DNA of 64,000 nucleotides, from contig CBDCCS010000022.1 in NCBI GenBank assembly GCA_965214935.1, positions 608,001 through 672,000 on the forward strand, given 5' to 3'. The position numbers and the translations under genes are program-made. Numbering within the stretch: the first letter of the stretch is position 1; every line of letters begins with the position of its first letter. A model generated the notes under the pieces. That model searched no databases. It was given only the letters and a program-made list of their open reading frames with translations, and was not told the origin of the DNA. The stretch comes from Candidatus Velthaea sp. Its GTDB lineage: Bacteria; Vulcanimicrobiota; Vulcanimicrobiia; Vulcanimicrobiales; Vulcanimicrobiaceae. Shown here in pieces: positions 41,682-50,582 of the stretch.

Positions 41682-43808
41682 CTACGGCGTAGGCGCGGGT
41701 GCCGGCGCCATGGCACTTGCGTTTGAGGGAAGCTTGAAAATCGCAACGGCGTCGCCCAGCGGATACGTAAGCTGGAAGTTGCCGCCGGCGGCGACGGCGA
41801 TATACTGCTCGCCGTTCACTTCGTACGAAATCGGCGGCGCATTAACGCCGGCGCCGAGATTGTAGTGCCAGAGCAGGTCGCCGGACTTCGCATCGAATGC
41901 ATCGAGTTGGCCGTTGCCTTCACCCATGAAGACCAGATTGCCGGCCGTCGCGAGCGCGCCGCCGATCAACGGTTCGTCGGTCATATGCGTCCAAGCGATC
42001 TTGCCGCTCTGTGTATCGATTGCCACGAAGCGTCCGTCTTGCAGCTTATCCTTGGTGGTGTTGGTGAACGCGCTGCCCAGCCGCAACTGACCGCCCGGGC
42101 TCGTCGACGGATTGGTCGCAAAGTTCATACGCTGATCCATCGCCAGCACGTAGGCATATTTGGTGACCGGCGAATACGCCGGCGGCGACCATTCGGCGCC
42201 GCCGTTGGCGCCCGGCAACATCACGACGCCGGTCTTCGTCGGTTGCGCGAACATATTGGGCGATAAAGCGACATACGGATCGGATTTCCGAATGAGTTCG
42301 CCCGTTTCGCGGTTGACGATGAAGAACCAGCCGACTTTACCGGCTTCACCGGCGGCCGGGATCGTCTTACCATCCTGCACGACGTCGAACAAGACCACCG
42401 GGCTTACGGCGTCGTAATCCCATACGTCGTGCTTAACTTCTTGATACGCCCAACGCAATTTACCGGTGTGCAAGTCGAGTGCGGCGATTGAATCGCTGTA
42501 ATGGTTGTCGCCTTTGCGACCGTCGCCGGCGAGATCCGGATTCGGATTGCCGGTGCTGAAAATCAGCAGGCCGCGATCGACATCGAGGGCCGGCGTCGTC
42601 CAGACCATCGCGCCGCCGCTCTTCCATGAATTACCGCTGTATGTTTTAGGATCGGTCGAATTCCAGCGCCAGCGCTGTTGACCCGACGTTGCATCGTACG
42701 CCGCGACGAAACCGCGGATCGCCCACTCGCCGCCGGCGCTACCGATGACAACAAGATTATCGTAAACCTGCGGCGTCATCGTTTCGGAATAGCCGACGTT
42801 CGGATCGGCTACGGTTTTTTGCCACTTGATCGCACCGTTGGTCGCGTCGAGTGCAATGAGCTTATCGTCCAGCGTGAGAACGTAGACTTTGCCGTAGGCC
42901 ACCGCGACGCCGCGATTGACCGGACCGCAGCAAATCTTGAACGGCGTTAGATTGTACGTCGTTTCCCAGATGCGCGCACCGCTAGCGGCATTCACGGCCA
43001 TGATCTTCATTTGATTGTTGACCACGGGCGTCGAGATATACATGACGCCCGAAACGACGACCGGCGTTGCCTCGAAGCTGGCGACCATCCCGGTTTGTAC
43101 GACCGCGACCGGCGTGAGCTGAGCAACGTTTGCCGTGCTGATCTGGCTGAGCGGAGAATAACGGCTATTGTCGTAGCTACGGCCGCCGGACAGCCAATTT
43201 TTGCCGTCCATATTTGCGTCGCGCATCATCGCGTCGGTTATGTTGACGTCCGCGCCGGCGGGAATCGCGCTGTAGACGTGCCGCACGGGCGGAGCCGCGC
43301 GCGTGATTTCAACCTTCAAGCCGTTCGGAGCACCGGTGCCGGTTCCGGCGATCTCATTCGTCTGCTGATAGACCATCCCGGCGAGCTGCACGTGCGGTGC
43401 GCTCGCTACGCTCAATGCCGTCGTGCCTGCCGGAAATCCGTTGCGCGCCATCAGGTAAGCCGTTACATCGAGATACTGCTTCTTCGTTAGCGAACCCGGC
43501 GCGTTTGCCGGCATTTGCGCCGTGATGAACGCATGCAGCTTGTCGGCGGTTTTGTAACTCGCGTTGAGCGATTGACGGAACGACGTTCCGGTCAATGCCG
43601 GTCCGGCACCGCCCTGCAGATTAGCGCCGTGACAGACGGAACATTGGCCCGCATAGACGACTTGGCCGCTACCGGCTTGCGCGGCGGTGTAGCCTCCGCT
43701 CGCGGTCGCAGCTTTCGATATCGCGCCCGAGGCGGCAACTGCACCAGCCAGCGCAAGCAACGCCAATTGAGGTACACGCATCTGAAAAATGCGCGTTGGT
43801 ATCTTCAT
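41682..43808 (-). CDS. PQQ-dependent dehydrogenase with an N-terminal cytochrome c domain (quinohemoprotein)
   Basis: Signal peptide, CSVCH..MP heme c domain, RYSPL.QI, CCGPVNRG, TGNP, HDVWDYD, GGAEW and Trp-docking repeats. Confidence 0.9.
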   Translation of the reverse strand: MKIPTRIFQMRVPQLALLALAGAVAASGAISKAATASGGYTAAQAGSGQVVYAGQCSVCHGANLQGGAGPALTGTSFRQSLNASYKTADKLHAFITAQMPANAPGSLTKKQYLDVTAYLMARNGFPAGTTALSVASAPHVQLAGMVYQQTNEIAGTGTGAPNGLKVEITRAAPPVRHVYSAIPAGADVNITDAMMRDANMDGKNWLSGGRSYDNSRYSPLSQISTANVAQLTPVAVVQTGMVASFEATPVVVSGVMYISTPVVNNQMKIMAVNAASGARIWETTYNLTPFKICCGPVNRGVAVAYGKVYVLTLDDKLIALDATNGAIKWQKTVADPNVGYSETMTPQVYDNLVVIGSAGGEWAIRGFVAAYDATSGQQRWRWNSTDPKTYSGNSWKSGGAMVWTTPALDVDRGLLIFSTGNPNPDLAGDGRKGDNHYSDSIAALDLHTGKLRWAYQEVKHDVWDYDAVSPVVLFDVVQDGKTIPAAGEAGKVGWFFIVNRETGELIRKSDPYVALSPNMFAQPTKTGVVMLPGANGGAEWSPPAYSPVTKYAYVLAMDQRMNFATNPSTSPGGQLRLGSAFTNTTKDKLQDGRFVAIDTQSGKIAWTHMTDEPLIGGALATAGNLVFMGEGNGQLDAFDAKSGDLLWHYNLGAGVNAPPISYEVNGEQYIAVAAGGNFQLTYPLGDAVAIFKLPSNASAMAPAPAPTP

Positions 43809-43907
43809 AGACTCTCCACGAGGCAAGAGGCAAACGCTAACTGCGCTTGCCCGCCGGACCTCCGAATCCTTTTCAGTCGATGGTGATGAAGAAAGTTTTC
43901 AAACGCT

Positions 43908-44576
43908 TTACGTCGTAATGAGACGCGGCAGATCGTGCATATCTGCAAAGGTACGCTCGGCGCCGGCCGCCCGCAGCACTGCTGCGTGACCCGGGCCGCA
44001 GTGCGTTCCGCCGGTAAAGCCGAACACGCGCATCCCGGCTCGCTTCGCCGCGGTTACACCGGCAACGCTGTCTTCGACAACCAAACAACGTTCAACGGCG
44101 GTCCGCATCCAGCCGGCGGCATAGACGAATACATCGGGCGCCGGTTTACCGCTTGCAACGACACTGGCACTAATGATATTCGGCGCAAAGCGTTCGTACA
44201 GACCGGTCACCTCTAAACCCAGGCGTAATTTTCCGGGGTAGCTGCTCGAAGCAACGCAAAACGGCAGCCGCAATTGCGCGAGCACCGCCGCGACACCGGG
44301 TACGGCGCGCAGCTCACGCTCGTACGCAGCGACGACTTGGGCGTCGACTTGTGCGGCGTAGTCCGCGGGTAGCGAACGGCCGAGTTCGGCCTCGACTTCC
44401 GTGCGCATTTCCTTGTCAGGCCGGCCCGCAAAACGACGCAACACGCCGTCCACGTCGATGGGATATCCGAGTTTCGTCAATGCACGCGCGTTGATACCGC
44501 AAACGACAAGCTCGCTATCGATAAGGACGCCGTCACAATCGAAGATGATGACTTGCGGGTCGGCGGCTTTCTCCAT
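43908..44576 (-). CDS. HAD-IA family hydrolase
   Basis: IFDCDGVLIDSE, VASSS, KPAPD and VEDS..G. Confidence 0.9.
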   Translation of the reverse strand: MEKAADPQVIIFDCDGVLIDSELVVCGINARALTKLGYPIDVDGVLRRFAGRPDKEMRTEVEAELGRSLPADYAAQVDAQVVAAYERELRAVPGVAAVLAQLRLPFCVASSSYPGKLRLGLEVTGLYERFAPNIISASVVASGKPAPDVFVYAAGWMRTAVERCLVVEDSVAGVTAAKRAGMRVFGFTGGTHCGPGHAAVLRAAGAERTFADMHDLPRLITT

Positions 44577-44817
44577 ACGGCCGGACTTGCGGTGCACCCA
44601 TGCATTTCCATTGCTTTGCCCGCGGCACGGTCAGGATATGGTTCGGACGGTCGAGAGCATACCGGCCGCCGCTTCGGCTGCTAATGACGACAAATGTGCA
44701 GCGGCGCCAGGAATCGCACGTAAGCGGCAACTAAGGCTAAGAAAGTAGCGGGCGACGGCCCGATGCCAGCAGTCCGACGCCTTTGGACGTCGGGCACTTC
44801 AGCGTGGAGATCTGCCC

Positions 44818-45900
44818 ATGAGGCGTTTAGCATGTCTGACCGCGGTCTTGGCTGCGGCGTTCGCGGGTTGCGGCGGGGGCGGCGGTACGTCATCGAGCCC
44901 GCCGGCAGCGACGCCGATTGCACCCGCGTCGATTCCGCTGTCCGTGCAACGCAGCGATATCCAAGTCGCACTCACCAGCGTACAAACCGGCGCGCTGCTT
45001 TCGCAATTCGGGGCCACGAATGGGAGTGCCGCTTCCCCGCTGAGCGCCCGCCGGACGGTATTGCGCGCTCTGCGCGACGTGCACGCGCGCCGCGCGATCG
45101 CAACCGTATCGGCATGCATGAACGCGACCACTGAAAATTTCACGGCGACGGGACCCGGCACCGGTACGTTGATCGAAACGTCGTACTACGATGCGGCTTG
45201 CACGCAGAAGCGTGAAGTCATTGACGCCGCCGTGAACGGCAACACGGATACCGTCGATGGGACGCTGACGCTCTACGACTCGAGCGGTAACGTGACGACG
45301 AACGATGATCTGCACGCGGCACTCAGCGTTAGCGCGGGAGTCGACACGCTGACGGTCGGTGTTACGCCGGCAACGGCAACCGCCACCACGACGGCACTCG
45401 ACCTGACATGCTCGTTGAGTGCAGCCGTCGCGACTCTGACCTGCGGCGCCGCCGCAACGACGACGCTCGCCGATGCGTCGATGCTCGGTTCGTCGCTCGC
45501 GTTCACGGGTTCTGCGGCAACGAACCCGAACGGCGAAACGATCACGTTTGCGGCCTCCGCGAACGCTTATAGCGGCGGTCCGGGTGCGCTATCGCTCGTA
45601 TCCGGCTCGGCCGATACGTGGAACATCGTGGGTGGTATGCTCGTCGCGGCGGATTCCGTTGCGGGCAGCGTAACGTCGGCGGCGAGCGGGCAAGTCACGG
45701 CCGTTACACTTACCGCGAACGATGCGATATACTCAGATACGGTAACACTCCGGCAGAGTGCGAGCGGTATCAGCGTGAAGGAAGTGCTCGGTACGACGAC
45801 GCTTGCAACGGCGACGCTCGACCCGAACGGAAACGGCATCATAACGTACGCCGACGGGTCCCAAACCAGCGTCCGTAATTACACGATCGTCGCGAGCTAG
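44818..45900 (+). CDS. Thr/Ser/Ala-rich beta-strand lipoprotein
   Basis: GGAG SD; lipobox FAGC followed by GGGGG. Confidence 0.75.
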   Translation: MRRLACLTAVLAAAFAGCGGGGGTSSSPPAATPIAPASIPLSVQRSDIQVALTSVQTGALLSQFGATNGSAASPLSARRTVLRALRDVHARRAIATVSACMNATTENFTATGPGTGTLIETSYYDAACTQKREVIDAAVNGNTDTVDGTLTLYDSSGNVTTNDDLHAALSVSAGVDTLTVGVTPATATATTTALDLTCSLSAAVATLTCGAAATTTLADASMLGSSLAFTGSAATNPNGETITFAASANAYSGGPGALSLVSGSADTWNIVGGMLVAADSVAGSVTSAASGQVTAVTLTANDAIYSDTVTLRQSASGISVKEVLGTTTLATATLDPNGNGIITYADGSQTSVRNYTIVAS

Positions 45901-45961
45901 GCGAGTACGCACGCCTTCGACGGCAGGCAGTGCTATCCGCGGCGGTGCAAGGGCGGAACGG

Positions 45962-48658
45962 GTGACGGGCGACGTTCGATCCGATGAGAACTCCGGCGCA
46001 AATGCAGACAAAACCGCGCTTTTCATAAGTCGCGCCGGTGTGGATGCGGACGTTGCCGAACGCATCGCTCGAATCTATAACGCGGCCGGCTATCCCGTAA
46101 CGCTGCAGCAATGGACGTTCGCCAACAAGAGCTTCATTAGCGAAATGCAGACTGCGTTAGCCGATGGAACGCGAGTGATTGCATTGCTTTCGCCCGCATA
46201 CCTAACGAGCGACTATTGCGCGGCCGAATGGCAAAGCGTTTTAGCCGACGATCCGCTCAATCGCAACAGCCGATTAATCGTGCTTCGTATTGCGGATTGC
46301 GTTCCGACCGGTCTACTCAAGGCGCTCATGTACTGGGACGTTGTCGGCATCACGGATAGCGCCGAATTCGAGCGCATCGTTCTTGCGGCTCTCGGCGCGA
46401 ATAAGACCGTGGCGGATCGCGTGCTCGCAACCGGCCCAGCCGGGGTACCGGCGACCGAAACCAACCTTCCCCCGCAGCTTACACGCTTCATCGAACGCGC
46501 CGCCTTCACGGACGATGTAGCCAGGCAGATCGCTGCGACGCGAATCGTGTCTCTCATCGGCGCGGGAGGTGTCGGGAAGACGCGAATGGCGATTTACGTC
46601 GCGGCGCAAATCGCCGGCGACTACGCCGACGGCGTCTGGTTCGCCGATTTTGCACAGCTTACCGAGGGCTCGTACGTCGTTTCCGAGATCGCAGCGATGC
46701 TCGGGATCATCGAGACATCCGGAAGACCGTTGATCGAGACGTTATGCGCAGTTATGAGAACGAAGCGGATGTTACTCGTCTTTGACAACTGCGAGCATGT
46801 TATCGCTCATGCGCGTACGGTAGCCGATGCGGTCGTTCGTCATTGTGCCAGCGTGCGAATCCTCGTAACGAGCCGCGAACCGCTCGGCTATGCGGGCGAA
46901 GCGGTCATCCGGGTACCGTCGTTAGGTTTACCCGCCGAAGGCACGGCGACGACGGCGCAAGCTGCGCTCGGGTACGAGGCAGTCGCCTTGTTTGTCGATC
47001 GTGCGCTTAGCGTCAATCCGCAATTCGTTTTGACAAACGATAATGCGGCGCTCGTTGCACGAATATGCCGGCGCCTGGACGGCATCGCACTCGCCATCGA
47101 ACTTGCCGCGGCGCGGCTGAGATTGCTGAGCCTGGCCGACCTTGCCGTAAAACTCGACGAACGCTTTCGGCTTCTCACCGGCGGCAGTAAAGCGCGCCTG
47201 CCGCGACAACAGACGATGCGCGCGCTCATCGATTGGAGCTATAATCTTCTCAATTCCGACGAACAGCGCATATTTCGCCGTTTGGCGATTTTTTCAGATG
47301 GTTGGACGCTCGAATCGGCGACGGCGATCTGCGGCGATGCGGATGTCGACGAATACGCGATGCTCGACATCCTCACATCGCTTGCCGATAAGTCGCTCGT
47401 GGTCGTCGACGCGACTGCCGAACAGCGAATGCGCTTACTCGAGTCGATGCGCGAGTACGCCCGCGAACTTGCCCGCAAGCACGATGAATACGAATCGTTA
47501 GCCGCCGCGCGGGCAAACTATTTTGCCGCCTTCGCCGGTGTGGCTCTGACGACGGTTGCGAGCGACACGGCACGCGGGCAAGAACGGACGTTCACCAGCG
47601 CGCGTATCCGCGAGATCGAAGCCGAGCTTGAGAACATTCGTGAGGTACTAGCGTGGTCGCTGCAAGACAAGCACGAGGTCAAGCTGGGTTCGCAACTCGC
47701 CTTCGTCCTCGGACGCTTTTGGGCGATGCGCTATCCGCGCGAAGGTCTCCGCTGGTACGAGCTTGCGCAGAACGCGCTGCGCGAAACGAACGACTCGCTA
47801 CTGAGTGCAAAGCTTGCGTCGGCGATCGCCGCAATGCTGCCGCACGGCAGTTTCGAGCGTCTCGAAGCAACGCGATATGCGCTCGGCCAAGCCCAGCTTA
47901 CCGGCGACGAACTGATCCTTGCCCGCGCCTATTGCGCTATCGGCGAACAAGTCGGTCCCTTGCGCCAAACCGATGAAGCAGCGGCTGCCTTTTCAGAAGC
48001 GCTGCGACTTGCACGTGCGCTTGGTGAAGATTGGACCGCAGCCCGTGCGCTGGCCGGGCTCGGCATGCTCGCCCTCGGTTCGAAAGACATACCGGCGGCG
48101 CGCGTGCACTTCGATGCGGCGATCCGGCAATTCGAACGACTCGGTGCAATCGACGGGATTGCCTATGTCTGCATCGCACTCGGCGAAGCAGATTTTACCG
48201 AAGGTAAAATTGATGCTGCGATCGCGATAACATTGCGCGCTCTGCACGCCTATGAGGAACTCAAGAACGATCGTTCACGTGCGTGCGCCGCTAATTATCT
48301 CGCTTCGTTCTCGCTCGTCGCCGGAAAGCACGACGAGGCCCGCGCGTACGCGCGCGAAGCACTTCGGCTACTCGAAAACGACCGGCATCCGGCCTTCATC
48401 GCTCAAGCAATTCACTCGCTTGCGCTCGTTGCAACCCTCAACGGACATCCGGAACGCGGAGCCTTGCTACTCGGCTACGCACAAGCGGAATCTCGCAAGC
48501 TTGCGCATGCACTTGAAGTCGCCGCCGCGTCCTGCGACACGCTGCACGTTGATCTGCTGATGCAACATTTCGGGGCCGGCGCTGAACTTCGGCGCCGGCT
48601 CGACGCTGGGGCCGTCATCGGCGAAGACCGCGCAATGAACGAGGCCCTGGCAGTTTGA
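45962..48658 (+). CDS. TIR domain - STAND ATPase (COG3903/AfsR-like) - TPR protein (NLR-like)
   Basis: TIR: LFIS..D..QQW..LLSPAYLTSDYCAAEW. NTPase: GAGGVGKT, LLVFDNCEH, TSRE, LDGIALAIELAAAR, RQQTMRALIDWSY, RLLESMREYA. Ala-rich TPR-like helices at the C-terminus. Confidence 0.88.
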   Translation: MTGDVRSDENSGANADKTALFISRAGVDADVAERIARIYNAAGYPVTLQQWTFANKSFISEMQTALADGTRVIALLSPAYLTSDYCAAEWQSVLADDPLNRNSRLIVLRIADCVPTGLLKALMYWDVVGITDSAEFERIVLAALGANKTVADRVLATGPAGVPATETNLPPQLTRFIERAAFTDDVARQIAATRIVSLIGAGGVGKTRMAIYVAAQIAGDYADGVWFADFAQLTEGSYVVSEIAAMLGIIETSGRPLIETLCAVMRTKRMLLVFDNCEHVIAHARTVADAVVRHCASVRILVTSREPLGYAGEAVIRVPSLGLPAEGTATTAQAALGYEAVALFVDRALSVNPQFVLTNDNAALVARICRRLDGIALAIELAAARLRLLSLADLAVKLDERFRLLTGGSKARLPRQQTMRALIDWSYNLLNSDEQRIFRRLAIFSDGWTLESATAICGDADVDEYAMLDILTSLADKSLVVVDATAEQRMRLLESMREYARELARKHDEYESLAAARANYFAAFAGVALTTVASDTARGQERTFTSARIREIEAELENIREVLAWSLQDKHEVKLGSQLAFVLGRFWAMRYPREGLRWYELAQNALRETNDSLLSAKLASAIAAMLPHGSFERLEATRYALGQAQLTGDELILARAYCAIGEQVGPLRQTDEAAAAFSEALRLARALGEDWTAARALAGLGMLALGSKDIPAARVHFDAAIRQFERLGAIDGIAYVCIALGEADFTEGKIDAAIAITLRALHAYEELKNDRSRACAANYLASFSLVAGKHDEARAYAREALRLLENDRHPAFIAQAIHSLALVATLNGHPERGALLLGYAQAESRKLAHALEVAAASCDTLHVDLLMQHFGAGAELRRRLDAGAVIGEDRAMNEALAV

Positions 48659-50484
48659 GCAAAGCCGCCGTTGCGCAGCACGGCAAGCCGCTCGCCGGCT
48701 TGCCGATTATCGTCGGCGTCACCGGCCATCGCTATCTGCGAGCGGCCGATGAACCGATGATATGCAATGCGGTTGAGGCGATCTTCGACCATCTCGCTCG
48801 AGAGTACCCGGCTACCCCGCTGGTGCTGTTGACGCCGCTTGCCGAAGGCGCCGATCAGCTTGTTGCGCGTCTTGCCCGGCGCCGCAATATTCCATATCAC
48901 GTTCCGTTGCCGATGCCCTTGGCGAGCTACCGCGAAGACTTTATCACGCCGCAGACGCTTGCTGCGTTCGATGCGCTTCTAGCAGGCGCCGCTGCGCCGA
49001 GCTACACGATGCCGTTTTACGAGGACAACACGGCCGAAACGATTCGCGATCCGGATCGGCGCGCGCTGCAATACATGCTCGTCGGCGCACACCTCGCACA
49101 GGCGTGTCATATCCTGGTGGCACTGTGGGATGGACAGCCTTCGGACAAAAACGGATCGACCGCGCAAGTCGTGAGCTTCCGTCTCTCCGGTCCGCTTCAA
49201 CGCTACTTTCAACCGGTGTCGTTGCTCGATGCATCGCCGACGGGAGCCGTCTATCATGTGTTTGCCGCACGCGGTAACGCCGCCGACGCAGGCATGCCGG
49301 GTCGAACGCGGCTGTTGGCCGGTCGCACCGCCCAAAGCGTCCTTGCGTTGCAGGACGACGTTGCGACCGTCGGCGCGCGTGACGCCGCAGCCCGCGCGTC
49401 CGACGCGGGAATCCATGCAAGCGCAGCCGATCGTGACGATCCGCTTGCAACGGTTTACGAACGGATTGAAACGTTCAATCGTGATTGTGCGGCCGTCCCG
49501 CACGCGTCGCTTGCCGAGCCCGAATGCACCGCGACGGAACTGCTGCAATCGCGCGCCCGGCGGGCAGCGAATTTCTATCAGAAAAAGATCAAGGGCGCTT
49601 TGCTGCGTCTTTTCCTCGCAACCGGTATTGCCGTCATTGCCTTCGAGTTGTACGCCCATCTCGTAACGCAGCTCCACGTGCTGGTCATTCCGTATTTTTT
49701 GGCGGCGCTCATCGCGCTTTCGACGTACGTTCGCGCGCGGCGCGGTCGCTGGCAGGATCGAGCGGAGGACTACCGGGCGCTCGAGATCGGGCTGCGCATT
49801 CAGCACGTTTGGAACGTCGCCGGCGTCGGCCGGTGCGCCGCAGATTATTATATGCGGCTGCAGCGCAGCGAGCTTGACTGGATTCGCGACGCCGTCCGAG
49901 CCGCCCAGACGCTCGATCGTCATCGCGCTTATTCTGACGCCGAGGGGATTGCGGCGGTTCGTAGCTTCGTCTCCGAGCAGTATCGCTACTTTGCCGGCAA
50001 CGAGACGGCTCCGGGTGCCGCGCAACGCGAACAAACGAAGACCGCCTTGCATGAAAAGCTGATCGATGCTTCGGTTCGGATCAGCGTAACGGCGTCGCTC
50101 GGTCTTGTCGCGTTCGGTATCGTCGCTACCTTGTTGCCGGCGTTTCGCGAAGCAACCGAAGCGCACGAGATTTGGCATGGCTCAATCATCTTCGTCATCG
50201 CGGTCAGCGCCATTGCCGCCGCGCTGTTTCACGATTACTCCGCTCGACGCGCACATCGGCAGCATGCGCGCCGCTACGAACGAATGGCCCAAGTGTATAG
50301 GCAGGCGACCGATGTGCTCGACGATACGGCTCGCCGGCCGGGCCCGGCCGGCGAGCGGACCCGGACGACGATCGAGATTGCTCGCGCCGTGGTTGAAGAA
50401 CTTGGCCGGGAAGCACTCGGTGAAACCGGTGATTGGCTACTCATGCATCGCGAATTACCGATCGAATTGCTGCCCCTCGCCTGA
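48655..50484 (+). CDS. SLOG (YspA/DprA-like) domain protein with two SLATT-like 2TM modules
   Basis: VGVTGHR, PLAEGADQL and VALWDG..GST..VV, then two pairs of hydrophobic helices flanked by W....YRAL and Q..YF / Y..M / GREAL.E..DW. TTGA overlap with the upstream stop. Confidence 0.75.
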   Translation: MSKAAVAQHGKPLAGLPIIVGVTGHRYLRAADEPMICNAVEAIFDHLAREYPATPLVLLTPLAEGADQLVARLARRRNIPYHVPLPMPLASYREDFITPQTLAAFDALLAGAAAPSYTMPFYEDNTAETIRDPDRRALQYMLVGAHLAQACHILVALWDGQPSDKNGSTAQVVSFRLSGPLQRYFQPVSLLDASPTGAVYHVFAARGNAADAGMPGRTRLLAGRTAQSVLALQDDVATVGARDAAARASDAGIHASAADRDDPLATVYERIETFNRDCAAVPHASLAEPECTATELLQSRARRAANFYQKKIKGALLRLFLATGIAVIAFELYAHLVTQLHVLVIPYFLAALIALSTYVRARRGRWQDRAEDYRALEIGLRIQHVWNVAGVGRCAADYYMRLQRSELDWIRDAVRAAQTLDRHRAYSDAEGIAAVRSFVSEQYRYFAGNETAPGAAQREQTKTALHEKLIDASVRISVTASLGLVAFGIVATLLPAFREATEAHEIWHGSIIFVIAVSAIAAALFHDYSARRAHRQHARRYERMAQVYRQATDVLDDTARRPGPAGERTRTTIEIARAVVEELGREALGETGDWLLMHRELPIELLPLA

Positions 50485-50582
50485 TCGGTAATAACTTCAC
50501 CTTAACGTGTGCGCCGTAACGTTGGCGGTACGGTTCCGGCTCGTTCGGCGCCCGACTTACCACGATCGACAATCTGGAGGGC

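Noticed and set aside
48979..50178. 399-aa antisense ORF
   Set aside because: Shadow of the SLOG-TM gene with no recognisable motifs.
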